Origin: Escherichia coli | GTDB lineage: Bacteria > Pseudomonadota > Gammaproteobacteria > Enterobacterales > Enterobacteriaceae | DNA length: 64,000 bases | Assembly: GCF_003334405.1 (NCBI RefSeq) | Contig: NZ_QOWM01000001.1 | Strand: one strand, 5' to 3' | Shown: in pieces, positions 47,837 through 58,962 of the stretch | Position numbering within the stretch: position 1 is the first letter of the stretch | Layout: the number at the start of each line of letters is the position of its first letter | The notes under the pieces: model-generated | The model's input: the letters and a program-made list of their open reading frames with translations, nothing else | What the model was told of the DNA's origin: nothing | Database searches by the model: none | Program-made: the position numbers and the translations under genes

Positions 47837-48648
47837 TGTCCGACCAGCAACAACCGCCAGTTTATAAAATTGCGCTGGGCATTGAGTACGACGGCAGTAA
47901 GTATTACGGCTGGCAACGGCAGAACGAAGTCCGCAGTGTGCAGGAGAAGCTGGAAAAGGCGCTCTCCCAGGTGGCGAACGAACCCATCACCGTCTTCTGC
48001 GCCGGGCGTACTGACGCAGGGGTACACGGTACCGGGCAGGTTGTGCATTTCGAAACAACCGCGCTGCGCAAAGACGCGGCGTGGACCTTGGGCGTAAATG
48101 CGAATTTACCTGGTGACATCGCTGTGCGTTGGGTTAAAGCTGTACCTGATGATTTTCATGCCCGATTTAGCGCCACGGCTCGCCGTTATCGCTACATCAT
48201 CTACAATCATCGGCTGCGCCCGGCGGTACTGAGTAAAGGGGTAACCCATTTTTACGAACCGCTGGACGCTGAACGGATGCATCGGGCTGCGCAATGCTTG
48301 CTGGGCGAGAATGATTTCACCTCGTTCCGTGCGGTGCAGTGCCAGTCCCGAACCCCGTGGCGCAACGTTATGCATATTAATGTCACGCGTCACGGTCCTT
48401 ATGTGGTGGTAGATATTAAAGCGAATGCTTTTGTACATCATATGGTCAGGAATATTGTCGGCAGCCTGATGGAAGTCGGTGCCCACAACCAGCCGGAGAG
48501 CTGGATAGCAGAGTTGCTGGCGGCAAAGGACAGAACGCTGGCGGCAGCAACGGCAAAAGCGGAAGGGCTGTATCTGGTCGCGGTGGATTACCCTGACCGG
48601 TATGATCTTCCAAAACCGCCAATGGGCCCGCTATTTCTGGCGGACTAA
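47836..48648 (+). CDS. truA: tRNA pseudouridine(38-40) synthase TruA
   Basis: 270-aa ORF with catalytic motif context ([11 protein letters not shown]). Confidence 0.95.
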   Translation: MSDQQQPPVYKIALGIEYDGSKYYGWQRQNEVRSVQEKLEKALSQVANEPITVFCAGRTDAGVHGTGQVVHFETTALRKDAAWTLGVNANLPGDIAVRWVKAVPDDFHARFSATARRYRYIIYNHRLRPAVLSKGVTHFYEPLDAERMHRAAQCLLGENDFTSFRAVQCQSRTPWRNVMHINVTRHGPYVVVDIKANAFVHHMVRNIVGSLMEVGAHNQPESWIAELLAAKDRTLAAATAKAEGLYLVAVDYPDRYDLPKPPMGPLFLAD

Positions 48649-48730
48649 CGAGAATAATGCTCGGAACATTTCAGGCTGTAGCTAACGTAGTTACAGCCTG
48701 AAAGATGACGAGTACAAGGCATAGGCAAAT

Positions 48731-49390
48731 ATGGACCTGATTTATTTCCTCATCGATTTTATCCTGCACATTGACGTGCATCTGGCAGAGCTGGTCGCGG
48801 AGTACGGCGTCTGGGTTTATGCCATTTTGTTCTTAATTTTGTTCTGTGAAACCGGTCTGGTGGTAACGCCGTTTTTACCGGGTGATTCATTGCTGTTTGT
48901 TGCCGGAGCGTTGGCATCACTGGAAACCAACGATCTCAACGTCCATATGATGGTGGTGCTGATGCTGATCGCCGCGATTGTGGGTGACGCGGTCAATTAC
49001 ACTATCGGGCGGTTGTTCGGTGAAAAGTTGTTCAGTAATCCCAATTCGAAAATTTTCCGTCGCAGTTATCTCGACAAAACCCATCAGTTTTATGAGAAAC
49101 ATGGCGGCAAAACGATTATTCTCGCCCGTTTTGTGCCGATCGTCAGAACGTTCGCCCCGTTTGTTGCGGGAATGGGCCACATGTCGTACCGTCATTTCGC
49201 CGCTTATAACGTGATCGGCGCACTGTTGTGGGTACTGCTTTTTACCTACGCAGGCTATTTCTTCGGTACAATCCCGATGGTTCAGGATAACCTTAAGCTG
49301 CTGATCGTCGGGATTATTGTGGTTTCTATTTTGCCGGGCGTCATCGAAATAATCCGTCACAAACGCGCTGCGGCACGCGCCGCAAAATAA
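48731..49390 (+). CDS. dedA: DedA-family inner-membrane protein
   Basis: 219-aa membrane ORF; synteny. Confidence 0.9.
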   Translation: MDLIYFLIDFILHIDVHLAELVAEYGVWVYAILFLILFCETGLVVTPFLPGDSLLFVAGALASLETNDLNVHMMVVLMLIAAIVGDAVNYTIGRLFGEKLFSNPNSKIFRRSYLDKTHQFYEKHGGKTIILARFVPIVRTFAPFVAGMGHMSYRHFAAYNVIGALLWVLLFTYAGYFFGTIPMVQDNLKLLIVGIIVVSILPGVIEIIRHKRAAARAAK

Positions 49391-49545
49391 AAAGTAACTC
49401 CGCGGTTCGACCACTTTTTTATCCAAAGTTTCGGGCTGTTATGTTTTAATGTGCAACATTCATGGTCTGTTGGGGGCAAAAATGGCATTATGCGTCCCCA
49501 AAGATAAAACTGGCATCGAACCAGGTTCAGACAGAAAGGTCCCTA

Positions 49546-50460
49546 ATGAGCTGGATTGAACGAATTAAAAGCAACATTACTCCCACCCGCAAGGCGAGCA
49601 TTCCTGAAGGGGTGTGGACTAAGTGTGATAGCTGCGGTCAGGTTTTATACCGCGCTGAGCTGGAACGTAATCTTGAGGTCTGTCCGAAGTGTGACCATCA
49701 CATGCGTATGACAGCGCGTAATCGCCTGCATAGCCTGTTAGATGAAGGAAGCCTTGTGGAGCTGGGTAGCGAGCTTGAGCCGAAAGATGTGCTGAAGTTT
49801 CGTGACTCCAAGAAGTATAAAGACCGTCTGGCATCTGCGCAGAAAGAAACCGGCGAAAAAGATGCGCTGGTGGTGATGAAAGGCACTCTGTATGGAATGC
49901 CGGTTGTCGCTGCGGCATTCGAGTTCGCCTTTATGGGCGGTTCAATGGGGTCTGTTGTGGGTGCACGTTTCGTGCGTGCCGTTGAGCAGGCGCTGGAAGA
50001 TAACTGCCCGCTGATCTGCTTCTCCGCCTCTGGTGGCGCACGTATGCAGGAAGCACTGATGTCGCTGATGCAGATGGCGAAAACCTCTGCGGCACTGGCA
50101 AAAATGCAGGAGCGCGGCTTGCCGTACATCTCCGTGCTGACCGACCCGACGATGGGCGGTGTTTCTGCAAGTTTCGCCATGCTGGGCGATCTCAACATCG
50201 CTGAACCGAAAGCGTTAATCGGCTTTGCCGGTCCGCGTGTTATCGAACAGACCGTTCGCGAAAAACTGCCGCCTGGATTCCAGCGCAGTGAATTCCTGAT
50301 CGAGAAAGGCGCGATCGACATGATCGTCCGTCGTCCGGAAATGCGCCTGAAACTGGCGAGCATTCTGGCGAAGTTGATGAATCTGCCAGCGCCGAATCCT
50401 GAAGCGCCGCGTGAAGGCGTAGTGGTACCCCCGGTACCGGATCAGGAACCTGAGGCCTGA
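49546..50460 (+). CDS. accD: Acetyl-CoA carboxylase carboxyltransferase beta subunit AccD
   Basis: Start placed at ATG 49546 ([11 protein letters not shown], 304 aa); C4 zinc ribbon (CDSCGQ...CPKCDHH). Confidence 0.92.
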
Positions 50461-50529
50461 TAACTGATAAGGGCAGGGCCACTGGCTCTGCCCTTTTGCT
50501 ATTCTCACCGTAACGAATCAGCGGATACC

Positions 50530-51798
50530 ATGATTATCAAACGCACTCCTCAAGCCGCGTCGCCTCTGGCTTCGTGGCTTTCTTATCTGGAAAACCTGCA
50601 CAGTAAAACTATCGATCTCGGCCTTGAGCGCGTGAGCCTGGTCGCGGCGCGTCTTGGCGTCCTGAAACCAGCGCCATTTGTGTTTACCGTTGCGGGTACG
50701 AATGGCAAAGGCACCACCTGCCGTACGCTGGAGTCGATTCTGATGGCGGCAGGGTACAAAGTGGGCGTCTACAGTTCGCCTCATCTGGTGCGTTATACCG
50801 AGCGCGTACGTGTGCAGGGCCAGGAATTGCCGGAATCGGCCCACACCGCCTCTTTTGCGGAGATTGAATCGGCACGCGGTGATATTTCCCTGACCTATTT
50901 CGAGTACGGTACGCTGTCGGCGTTGTGGCTGTTCAAGCAGGCACAACTTGACGTGGTGATTCTGGAAGTAGGGCTGGGCGGTCGTCTGGACGCAACCAAT
51001 ATTGTCGACGCCGATGTCGCGGTAGTAACCAGTATTGCGCTGGATCATACCGACTGGCTGGGTCCAGATCGCGAAAGTATTGGTCGCGAGAAAGCAGGCA
51101 TCTTCCGCAGCGAAAAACCGGCAATTGTCGGTGAGCCGGAAATGCCTTCTACCATTGCTGATGTGGCGCAGGAAAAAGGTGCACTGTTACAACGTCGGGG
51201 CGTTGAGTGGAACTATTCCGTCACCGATCATGACTGGGCGTTTAGCGATGCTCACGGCACGCTGGAAAATCTGCCGTTGCCGCTTGTCCCGCAACCGAAT
51301 GCCGCAACAGCGCTGGCGGCACTGCGTGCCAGCGGGCTGGAAGTCAGTGAAAATGCCATTCGCGACGGGATTGCCAGCGCAATTTTGCCGGGACGTTTCC
51401 AGATTGTGAGCGAGTCGCCACGCGTTATTTTTGATGTCGCGCATAATCCACATGCGGCGGAATATCTCACCGGGCGTATGAAAGCGCTACCGAAAAACGG
51501 GCGCGTGCTGGCGGTTATCGGTATGCTACATGATAAAGATATTGCCGGAACTCTGGCCTGGTTGAAAAGCGTGGTTGATGACTGGTATTGTGCGCCACTG
51601 GAAGGGCCGCGCGGTGCCACGGCAGAACAACTGCTTGAGCATTTGGGTAACGGCAAATCATTTGATAGCGTTGCGCAGGCATGGGATGCCGCAATGGCGG
51701 ACGCTAAAGCGGAAGACACCGTGCTGGTGTGTGGTTCTTTCCACACGGTCGCACATGTCATGGAAGTGATTGACGCGAGGAGAAGCGGTGGCAAGTAA
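50530..51798 (+). CDS. folC: Dihydrofolate synthase / folylpolyglutamate synthase FolC
   Basis: 422-aa ORF with P-loop (TVAGTNGKGTT). Confidence 0.95.
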   Translation: MIIKRTPQAASPLASWLSYLENLHSKTIDLGLERVSLVAARLGVLKPAPFVFTVAGTNGKGTTCRTLESILMAAGYKVGVYSSPHLVRYTERVRVQGQELPESAHTASFAEIESARGDISLTYFEYGTLSALWLFKQAQLDVVILEVGLGGRLDATNIVDADVAVVTSIALDHTDWLGPDRESIGREKAGIFRSEKPAIVGEPEMPSTIADVAQEKGALLQRRGVEWNYSVTDHDWAFSDAHGTLENLPLPLVPQPNAATALAALRASGLEVSENAIRDGIASAILPGRFQIVSESPRVIFDVAHNPHAAEYLTGRMKALPKNGRVLAVIGMLHDKDIAGTLAWLKSVVDDWYCAPLEGPRGATAEQLLEHLGNGKSFDSVAQAWDAAMADAKAEDTVLVCGSFHTVAHVMEVIDARRSGGK

Positions 51799-52450
51799 GT
51801 TTCAGAATCGGTTAGTGGGCACGATCGTGCTGGTGGCGCTGGGGGTGATTGTACTTCCAGGGCTGCTGGACGGGCAGAAAAAACATTATCAGGATGAGTT
51901 CGCGGCTATCCCGCTGGTGCCGAAAGCGGGCGATCGTGATGAGCCTGATATGATGCCAGCCGCCACCCAGGCGTTACCGACGCAGCCGCCGGAAGGCGCA
52001 GCGGAAGAGGTGCGGGCAGGTGATGCCGCAGCACCGTCGCTCGATCCGGCCACTATTGCAGCCAATAACACCGAGTTTGAACCGGAACCTGCACCGGTCG
52101 CCCCACCGAAGCCGAAACCGGTGGAGCCGCCTAAACCAAAGGTTGAAGCACCACCTGCGCCGAAGCCAGAACCGAAGCCGGTCGTGGAAGAAAAAGCTGC
52201 ACCGACGGGTAAAGCCTATGTTGTGCAACTGGGTGCGCTGAAAAATGCCGATAAAGTGAATGAGATTGTCGGTAAGCTGCGCGGTGCCGGTTATCGGGTT
52301 TATACGTCGCCATCCACGCCAGTGCAGGGTAAAATTACCCGTATTCTGGTTGGGCCGGATGCCTCGAAAGATAAGCTGAAAGGTTCGCTGGGTGAGTTGA
52401 AGCAACTTTCTGGCTTAAGTGGCGTGGTAATGGGCTATACGCCGAATTAA
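51788..52450 (+). CDS. dedD: Cell-division protein DedD (SPOR domain)
   Basis: Start placed at GTG 51788 (VASKFQNRLVGTIVL, 220 aa); Pro/Lys-rich linker and C-terminal SPOR-like domain; overlaps the folC 3' end. Confidence 0.8.
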   Translation: MASKFQNRLVGTIVLVALGVIVLPGLLDGQKKHYQDEFAAIPLVPKAGDRDEPDMMPAATQALPTQPPEGAAEEVRAGDAAAPSLDPATIAANNTEFEPEPAPVAPPKPKPVEPPKPKVEAPPAPKPEPKPVVEEKAAPTGKAYVVQLGALKNADKVNEIVGKLRGAGYRVYTSPSTPVQGKITRILVGPDASKDKLKGSLGELKQLSGLSGVVMGYTPN

Positions 52451-52458
52451 TACGGTCT

Positions 52459-52545
52459 TGCCTGATGCGACGCTGGCGCGTCTTATCAGGCCTACGCAGG
52501 GGTAGAACCGTAGGTCGGATAAGGCGTTTACGCCGCATCCGACAC
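52459..52545. repeat. BIME: two inverted REP elements (GCCTGATGCGACGCTGGCGCGTCTTATCAGGCCTAC and GTAGGTCGGATAAGGCGTTTACGCCGCATCCGACAC)
   Basis: Canonical REP consensus matches between dedD and cvpA. Confidence 0.75.
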
Positions 52546-52579
52546 GCATTGCCCGATGCCGCAAAGGCATAAAAAGTCG

Positions 52580-52612
52580 ATGGCGTTGAATATTTTTTCA
52601 GCGCCATTTTTA
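52580..52612 (+). terminator. Weak terminator-like hairpin (ATGGCG...CGCCAT + T5) downstream of the BIME
   Basis: 6-bp stem with a long loop followed by TTTTT; weak structure. Confidence 0.3.
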
Positions 52613-52636
52613 TTGATGCGCGGGAAGGAAATCCCT

Positions 52637-52652
52637 ACGCAAACGTTTTCTT
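52637..52652. promoter_or_regulatory. PurR operator (PUR box) ACGCAAACGTTTTCTT upstream of cvpA-purF
   Basis: 16-bp match to the PUR-box consensus ACGCAAACGTTTGCGT; known PurR control of the cvpA-purF operon. Confidence 0.65.
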
Positions 52653-52708
52653 TTTCTGTTAGAATGCGCCCCGAACAGGATGACAGGGCGTAAAATCGTG
52701 GGACACAT

Positions 52709-53197
52709 ATGGTCTGGATTGATTACGCCATAATCGCGGTGATTGCTTTTTCCTCTCTGGTTAGCCTGATCCGCGGCTTTGTTCGTGAAGCGTTATCGCT
52801 GGTGACATGGGGTTGTGCTTTCTTTGTTGCCAGTCATTACTACACTTACCTGTCAGTCTGGTTTACGGGCTTTGAAGACGAACTGGTTCGAAATGGGATT
52901 GCCATCGCGGTACTGTTTATCGCTACCCTGATCGTTGGTGCTATCGTGAACTTCGTGATAGGCCAGTTGGTGGAGAAAACGGGGTTGTCAGGCACCGATC
53001 GGGTGCTGGGCGTCTGTTTCGGTGCGTTGCGCGGTGTGTTGATTGTTGCTGCCATTCTCTTCTTTCTCGACTCCTTTACCGGGGTGTCGAAAAGCGAAGA
53101 CTGGAGCAAATCACAGCTGATCCCGCAATTCAGTTTTATCATCAGATGGTTTTTTGATTATCTGCAAAGCTCGTCAAGTTTCTTGCCCAGAGCGTAA
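52709..53197 (+). CDS. cvpA: Colicin V production membrane protein CvpA
   Basis: 162-aa membrane ORF directly upstream of purF. Confidence 0.9.
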   Translation: MVWIDYAIIAVIAFSSLVSLIRGFVREALSLVTWGCAFFVASHYYTYLSVWFTGFEDELVRNGIAIAVLFIATLIVGAIVNFVIGQLVEKTGLSGTDRVLGVCFGALRGVLIVAAILFFLDSFTGVSKSEDWSKSQLIPQFSFIIRWFFDYLQSSSSFLPRA

Positions 53198-53233
53198 GTG
53201 CTCTGAGATGTGGCTTAACGAGGAAAAAGACGT

Positions 53234-54751
53234 ATGTGCGGTATTGTCGGTATCGCCGGTGTTATGCCGGTTAACCAGTCGATTTATGATGCCTTAACGG
53301 TGCTTCAGCATCGCGGTCAGGATGCCGCCGGCATCATCACCATAGATGCCAATAACTGCTTCCGTTTGCGTAAAGCGAACGGGCTGGTGAGCGATGTATT
53401 TGAAGCTCGCCATATGCAGCGTTTGCAGGGCAATATGGGCATTGGTCATGTGCGTTACCCCACGGCTGGCAGCTCCAGCGCCTCTGAAGCGCAGCCGTTT
53501 TACGTTAACTCCCCGTATGGCATTACGCTTGCCCACAACGGCAATCTGACCAACGCTCACGAGTTGCGTAAAAAACTGTTTGAAGAAAAACGCCGCCACA
53601 TCAACACCACTTCCGACTCGGAAATTCTGCTTAATATCTTCGCCAGCGAGCTGGACAACTTCCGCCACTACCCGCTGGAAGCCGACAATATTTTCGCTGC
53701 CATTGCTGCCACAAACCGCTTAATCCGCGGCGCGTATGCCTGTGTGGCGATGATTATCGGCCACGGTATGGTTGCTTTCCGCGATCCAAACGGGATTCGT
53801 CCGCTGGTACTGGGAAAACGTGATATTGACGAGAACCGTACAGAATATATGGTCGCTTCCGAAAGCGTAGCGCTCGATACGCTGGGCTTTGATTTCCTGC
53901 GTGACGTCGCGCCGGGCGAAGCGATTTACATCACTGAAGAAGGGCAGTTGTTTACCCGTCAATGTGCTGACAATCCGGTCAGCAATCCGTGCCTGTTTGA
54001 GTATGTATACTTTGCCCGCCCGGACTCGTTTATCGACAAAATTTCCGTTTACAGCGCGCGTGTGAATATGGGCACGAAACTGGGCGAGAAAATTGCCCGC
54101 GAATGGGAAGATCTGGATATCGACGTGGTGATCCCGATCCCAGAAACCTCGTGTGATATCGCGCTGGAAATTGCTCGTATTCTGGGCAAACCGTACCGCC
54201 AGGGCTTCGTTAAAAACCGCTATGTTGGCCGCACCTTTATCATGCCGGGCCAGCAGCTGCGTCGTAAGTCCGTGCGCCGTAAACTGAATGCCAACCGCGC
54301 CGAGTTCCGCGATAAAAACGTCCTGCTGGTCGACGACTCCATCGTCCGTGGCACCACTTCTGAGCAGATTATCGAGATGGCACGCGAAGCCGGAGCGAAG
54401 AAAGTGTACCTCGCTTCTGCGGCACCGGAAATTCGCTTCCCGAACGTTTATGGTATTGATATGCCGAGCGCCACGGAACTGATCGCTCACGGTCGCGAAG
54501 TTGATGAAATTCGCCAGATCATCGGTGCTGACGGGTTGATTTTCCAGGATCTGAACGATCTGATCGACGCCGTTCGCGCTGAAAATCCGGATATCCAGCA
54601 GTTTGAATGCTCGGTGTTCAACGGCGTCTACGTCACCAAAGATGTTGATCAGGGCTACCTCGATTTCCTCGATACGTTACGTAATGATGACGCCAAAGCA
54701 GTGCAACGTCAGAACGAAGTGGAAAATCTCGAAATGCATAACGAAGGATGA
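53234..54751 (+). CDS. purF: Amidophosphoribosyltransferase (glutamine PRPP amidotransferase)
   Basis: 505-aa ORF beginning MCGIVGIAG (N-terminal catalytic Cys) with PRPP-binding motif ([13 protein letters not shown]). Confidence 0.97.
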
Positions 54752-54845
54752 TGCCTTCGCTGAGGGTGCCGGTCTGGCACCCTGACTTGCAACTCCCGCC
54801 GAAATCCTGCAAAGTCTGCCTGCAAGTCTGACAGGGCAACTATTT

Positions 54846-55415
54846 ATGAAACGACTCATTGTAGGCATCAGCGGTGCCAGCGGCGCGATTTATGGCGTGC
54901 GCTTATTACAGGTTCTGCGCGATGTCACAGATATCGAAACGCATCTGGTGATGAGCCAGGCAGCGCGCCAGACCTTATCCCTCGAAACGGATTTTTCTCT
55001 GCGCGAAGTGCAGGCATTAGCCGATGTCACGCACGATGCGCGCGATATTGCCGCCAGCATCTCTTCCGGTTCTTTCCAGACGCTGGGGATGGTGATTTTA
55101 CCCTGTTCAATCAAAACCCTTTCCGGCATTGTCCATAGCTATACTGATGGCTTACTGACCCGTGCGGCAGATGTGGTGCTGAAAGAGCGTCGCCCGTTGG
55201 TGCTCTGCGTGCGTGAAACACCATTGCACTTAGGCCATCTGCGTTTAATGACTCAGGCGGCAGAAATCGGTGCGGTGATTATGCCTCCCGTTCCGGCGTT
55301 TTATCATCGCCCGCAATCCCTTGATGATGTGATAAATCAGACGGTTAATCGTGTTCTTGACCAGTTTGCGATAACCCTTCCTGAAGATCTCTTTGCCCGC
55401 TGGCAGGGCGCATAA
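54846..55415 (+). CDS. ubiX: Flavin prenyltransferase UbiX
   Basis: 189-aa ORF MKRLIVGISGASGAIYGVRLL. Confidence 0.92.
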   Translation: MKRLIVGISGASGAIYGVRLLQVLRDVTDIETHLVMSQAARQTLSLETDFSLREVQALADVTHDARDIAASISSGSFQTLGMVILPCSIKTLSGIVHSYTDGLLTRAADVVLKERRPLVLCVRETPLHLGHLRLMTQAAEIGAVIMPPVPAFYHRPQSLDDVINQTVNRVLDQFAITLPEDLFARWQGA

Positions 55416-55596
55416 CTCCGCTGTTGCCCTGTTTCAGGGCAATTTTGCAACCGCGATCAAATCCTCGACATTTTGTTTCTGCCATTCAATCGAAACGCTG
55501 CGATTCAACCGCTATACCTGCTATCTTCAACTTCAGGACAATAATGCAACGTCTTATTAACATATTTAACGTTGAATGTTACTGTTGTCGTCAAGA

Positions 55597-55612
55597 TGGC
55601 ATAAGACCTGCA
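55597..55612 (+). promoter_or_regulatory. Candidate sigma-54 promoter (TGGCAT-N5-CTGCA; GG and GC 12 nt apart) upstream of argT
   Basis: Matches the -24/-12 consensus TGGCAC-N5-TTGCA with two mismatches; about 70 bp upstream of the argT start. Confidence 0.45.
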
Positions 55613-55680
55613 TGAAAGAGCCTGCAAACACACAACACAATACACAACATAAAAAAGCCATTTTCACTTGAGGGTTATGT

Positions 55681-56463
55681 ATGAAGAAGTCGATTCTCGC
55701 TCTGTCTTTGTTAGTCGGTCTCTCCACAGCGGCTTCCAGCTATGCGGCGCTACCGGAGACGGTACGTATCGGAACCGATACCACCTACGCACCGTTCTCA
55801 TCGAAAGATGCTAAAGGTGATTTTGTTGGCTTTGATATCGATCTCGGTAACGAGATGTGCAAACGGATGCAGGTGAAATGTACCTGGGTTGCCAGTGACT
55901 TTGACGCGCTGATCCCCTCACTGAAAGCGAAAAAAATCGACGCTATTATTTCGTCGCTTTCCATTACCGATAAACGTCAGCAGGAGATTGCCTTCTCCGA
56001 CAAGCTGTACGCCGCAGATTCTCGTTTGATTGCGGCCAAAGGTTCACCGATTCAGCCAACGCTGGATTCACTGAAAGGTAAACATGTTGGTGTGCTGCAG
56101 GGATCAACCCAGGAAGCTTACGCTAACGAGACCTGGCGTAGTAAAGGCGTGGATGTGGTGGCCTATGCCAACCAGGATTTGGTCTATTCCGATCTGGCTG
56201 CAGGACGTCTGGATGCTGCGTTACAAGATGAAGTTGCTGCCAGCGAAGGATTCCTCAAGCAACCTGCTGGTAAAGATTTCGCCTTTGCTGGCTCATCAGT
56301 AAAAGACAAAAAATACTTCGGTGATGGCACCGGTGTAGGGCTACGTAAAGATGATGCTGAACTGACGGCTGCCTTCAATAAGGCGCTTGGCGAGCTGCGT
56401 CAGGACGGCACCTACGACAAGATGGCGAAAAAGTATTTCGACTTTAATGTCTACGGTGACTGA
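55681..56463 (+). CDS. argT: Lysine/arginine/ornithine periplasmic binding protein ArgT
   Basis: 260-aa ORF with signal peptide; paralogue of the downstream hisJ. Confidence 0.9.
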   Translation: MKKSILALSLLVGLSTAASSYAALPETVRIGTDTTYAPFSSKDAKGDFVGFDIDLGNEMCKRMQVKCTWVASDFDALIPSLKAKKIDAIISSLSITDKRQQEIAFSDKLYAADSRLIAAKGSPIQPTLDSLKGKHVGVLQGSTQEAYANETWRSKGVDVVAYANQDLVYSDLAAGRLDAALQDEVAASEGFLKQPAGKDFAFAGSSVKDKKYFGDGTGVGLRKDDAELTAAFNKALGELRQDGTYDKMAKKYFDFNVYGD

Positions 56464-56521
56464 TACGTCGCTGGGAAGCTGTACCTGATGGAATGATCAT
56501 CATGGTGCACGCCAGGTTTGT

Positions 56522-56538
56522 TGCACTATCGTGGTGCA
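56522..56538. promoter_or_regulatory. Candidate NtrC binding site (TGCACTATCGTGGTGCA) upstream of hisJ
   Basis: 17-bp dyad TGCAC-N7-GTGCA as in glnAp2-type NtrC sites; read directly. Confidence 0.4.
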
Positions 56539-56683
56539 TTGAAATGCATACTTAAGCATTTTTAATGAAAAATAATACGTCTAACGGGGCGGGATATTTT
56601 GCCTTGATGGTCAATTTTATGGCACGATAAGTGTAACAAACCTGTAAATATTCCCTATAAAAAGACTGTCAGTTGAGGACATT

Positions 56684-57466
56684 ATGAAAAAACTGGTGCT
56701 ATCGCTCTCTCTGGTTCTGGCCTTCTCCAGCGCAACTGCGGCGTTTGCTGCGATTCCGCAAAACATCCGCATCGGTACCGACCCGACCTATGCGCCATTT
56801 GAATCAAAAAATTCACAAGGCGAACTGGTTGGCTTCGATATCGATCTGGCAAAGGAATTATGCAAACGCATCAATACGCAATGTACGTTTGTCGAAAATC
56901 CGCTGGATGCGTTAATCCCGTCCTTAAAAGCGAAGAAGATTGACGCCATCATGTCATCGCTTTCCATTACGGAAAAACGTCAGCAAGAAATAGCCTTCAC
57001 CGACAAACTGTACGCTGCCGATTCTCGTTTGGTGGTGGCGAAAAATTCTGACATTCAGCCGACAGTCGAGTCGCTGAAAGGCAAACGGGTAGGCGTATTG
57101 CAGGGCACCACCCAGGAGACGTTCGGTAATGAACATTGGGCACCAAAAGGCATTGAAATCGTCTCGTATCAGGGGCAGGACAACATTTATTCTGACCTGA
57201 CTGCCGGACGTATTGATGCCGCGTTCCAGGATGAGGTCGCTGCCAGCGAAGGTTTCCTCAAACAACCTGTCGGTAAAGATTACAAATTCGGTGGCCCGTC
57301 TGTTAAAGATGAAAAACTGTTTGGCGTAGGGACCGGCATGGGCCTGCGTAAAGAAGATAACGAACTGCGCGAAGCACTGAACAAAGCCTTTGCCGAAATG
57401 CGCGCTGACGGTACTTACGAGAAATTAGCGAAAAAGTACTTCGATTTTGATGTTTATGGTGGCTAA
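56684..57466 (+). CDS. hisJ: Histidine periplasmic binding protein HisJ
   Basis: 260-aa ORF with signal peptide, upstream of hisQMP. Confidence 0.92.
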   Translation: MKKLVLSLSLVLAFSSATAAFAAIPQNIRIGTDPTYAPFESKNSQGELVGFDIDLAKELCKRINTQCTFVENPLDALIPSLKAKKIDAIMSSLSITEKRQQEIAFTDKLYAADSRLVVAKNSDIQPTVESLKGKRVGVLQGTTQETFGNEHWAPKGIEIVSYQGQDNIYSDLTAGRIDAAFQDEVAASEGFLKQPVGKDYKFGGPSVKDEKLFGVGTGMGLRKEDNELREALNKAFAEMRADGTYEKLAKKYFDFDVYGG

Positions 57467-57555
57467 TCGCCATCGGTGAAAGAAAGCCCGCTCCCTTCGG
57501 GTAACCGGAGGGAGACAAGAGGCGGTAATTCACCACACACGACAGGACAGGCAGC

Positions 57556-58242
57556 ATGTTGTATGGGTTTTCAGGTGTTATTTTACAGGGTGCGCTCGTC
57601 ACGCTGGAGCTGGCTATCAGCTCTGTAGTGCTCGCTGTAATCATCGGTTTAATTGGCGCTGGCGGTAAGCTCTCGCAAAATCGGCTTTCGGGGCTGATTT
57701 TCGAAGGGTACACCACGCTGATTCGTGGCGTGCCGGACTTAGTGTTGATGCTGCTGATTTTCTACGGTTTGCAGATTGCGCTAAACACGGTGACGGAGGC
57801 GATGGGCGTCGGGCAGATTGATATCGATCCGATGGTCGCTGGTATTATCACTCTCGGTTTTATCTACGGTGCTTATTTTACCGAAACGTTCCGTGGTGCT
57901 TTTATGGCAGTGCCGAAAGGACATATAGAGGCGGCGACGGCGTTCGGTTTTACTCGTGGGCAAGTGTTTCGGCGGATCATGTTTCCGTCGATGATGCGTT
58001 ACGCCCTGCCAGGCATTGGCAACAACTGGCAGGTGATCCTCAAATCTACCGCACTGGTTTCGTTACTCGGCCTGGAAGATGTGGTCAAAGCCACCCAACT
58101 GGCAGGCAAAAGTACCTGGGAACCGTTCTATTTCGCCATCGTCTGTGGCGTGATTTACCTGGTTTTCACCACTGTTTCCAATGGTGTGCTGCTGTTCCTT
58201 GAGCGCCGCTACTCCGTGGGTGTGAAGAGGGCTGACCTGTGA
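57556..58242 (+). CDS. hisQ: Histidine ABC transporter permease HisQ
   Basis: 228-aa permease with EAA-like loop. Confidence 0.92.
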   Translation: MLYGFSGVILQGALVTLELAISSVVLAVIIGLIGAGGKLSQNRLSGLIFEGYTTLIRGVPDLVLMLLIFYGLQIALNTVTEAMGVGQIDIDPMVAGIITLGFIYGAYFTETFRGAFMAVPKGHIEAATAFGFTRGQVFRRIMFPSMMRYALPGIGNNWQVILKSTALVSLLGLEDVVKATQLAGKSTWEPFYFAIVCGVIYLVFTTVSNGVLLFLERRYSVGVKRADL

Positions 58243-58955
58243 TCGAAATCTTACATGAATACTGGAAACCGCTGCTGTGGACCGACGGTTATCGCTTTAC
58301 TGGTGTGGCGATCACTCTGTGGCTGCTTATTTTGTCGGTAGTGATAGGCGGAGTCCTGGCGCTGTTTCTGGCGATTGGTCGTGTCTCCAGTAATAAATAC
58401 ATCCAGTTTCCAATCTGGTTATTTACCTATATTTTTCGCGGTACGCCGCTGTATGTTCAGTTGCTGGTGTTCTATTCCGGCATGTACACGCTTGAGATTG
58501 TTAAGGGAACCGAATTCCTTAACGCTTTCTTCCGCAGTGGCCTGAACTGTACCGTGCTGGCGCTGACGCTTAACACCTGCGCTTACACTACCGAGATTTT
58601 TGCTGGGGCAATCCGTTCGGTTCCGCATGGGGAAATTGAAGCCGCCAGAGCCTATGGCTTCTCGACTTTTAAAATGTATCGCTGCATTATTTTGCCTTCT
58701 GCGCTGCGTATTGCGTTACCGGCATACAGCAACGAAGTGATCCTGATGCTGCACTCTACTGCGTTGGCATTTACTGCCACGGTGCCGGATCTGCTGAAAA
58801 TAGCCCGCGATATTAACGCCGCCACGTATCAACCTTTTACCGCCTTCGGCATTGCCGCGGTGCTCTATTTAATCATCTCTTATGTCCTGATCAGCCTCTT
58901 TCGCAGAGCGGAAAAACGCTGGTTGCAGCATGTGAAACCTTCTTCAACGCACTGA
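58239..58955 (+). CDS. hisM: Histidine ABC transporter permease HisM
   Basis: 238-aa permease, 4-bp overlap with hisQ. Confidence 0.92.
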   Translation: MIEILHEYWKPLLWTDGYRFTGVAITLWLLILSVVIGGVLALFLAIGRVSSNKYIQFPIWLFTYIFRGTPLYVQLLVFYSGMYTLEIVKGTEFLNAFFRSGLNCTVLALTLNTCAYTTEIFAGAIRSVPHGEIEAARAYGFSTFKMYRCIILPSALRIALPAYSNEVILMLHSTALAFTATVPDLLKIARDINAATYQPFTAFGIAAVLYLIISYVLISLFRRAEKRWLQHVKPSSTH

Positions 58956-58962
58956 GAATACG

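Noticed and set aside
49462-49545. N-terminal extension of accD (ORF-track start 49462)
   Set aside because: The conserved AccD N-terminus (MSWIERIK) starts at 49546, giving 304 aa; the upstream ATG lacks support.
51974-52405. 143-aa Arg/Trp-rich ORF antisense to dedD
   Set aside because: Mirror image of the Pro/Lys-rich repetitive linker of DedD; repeat-induced artefact.
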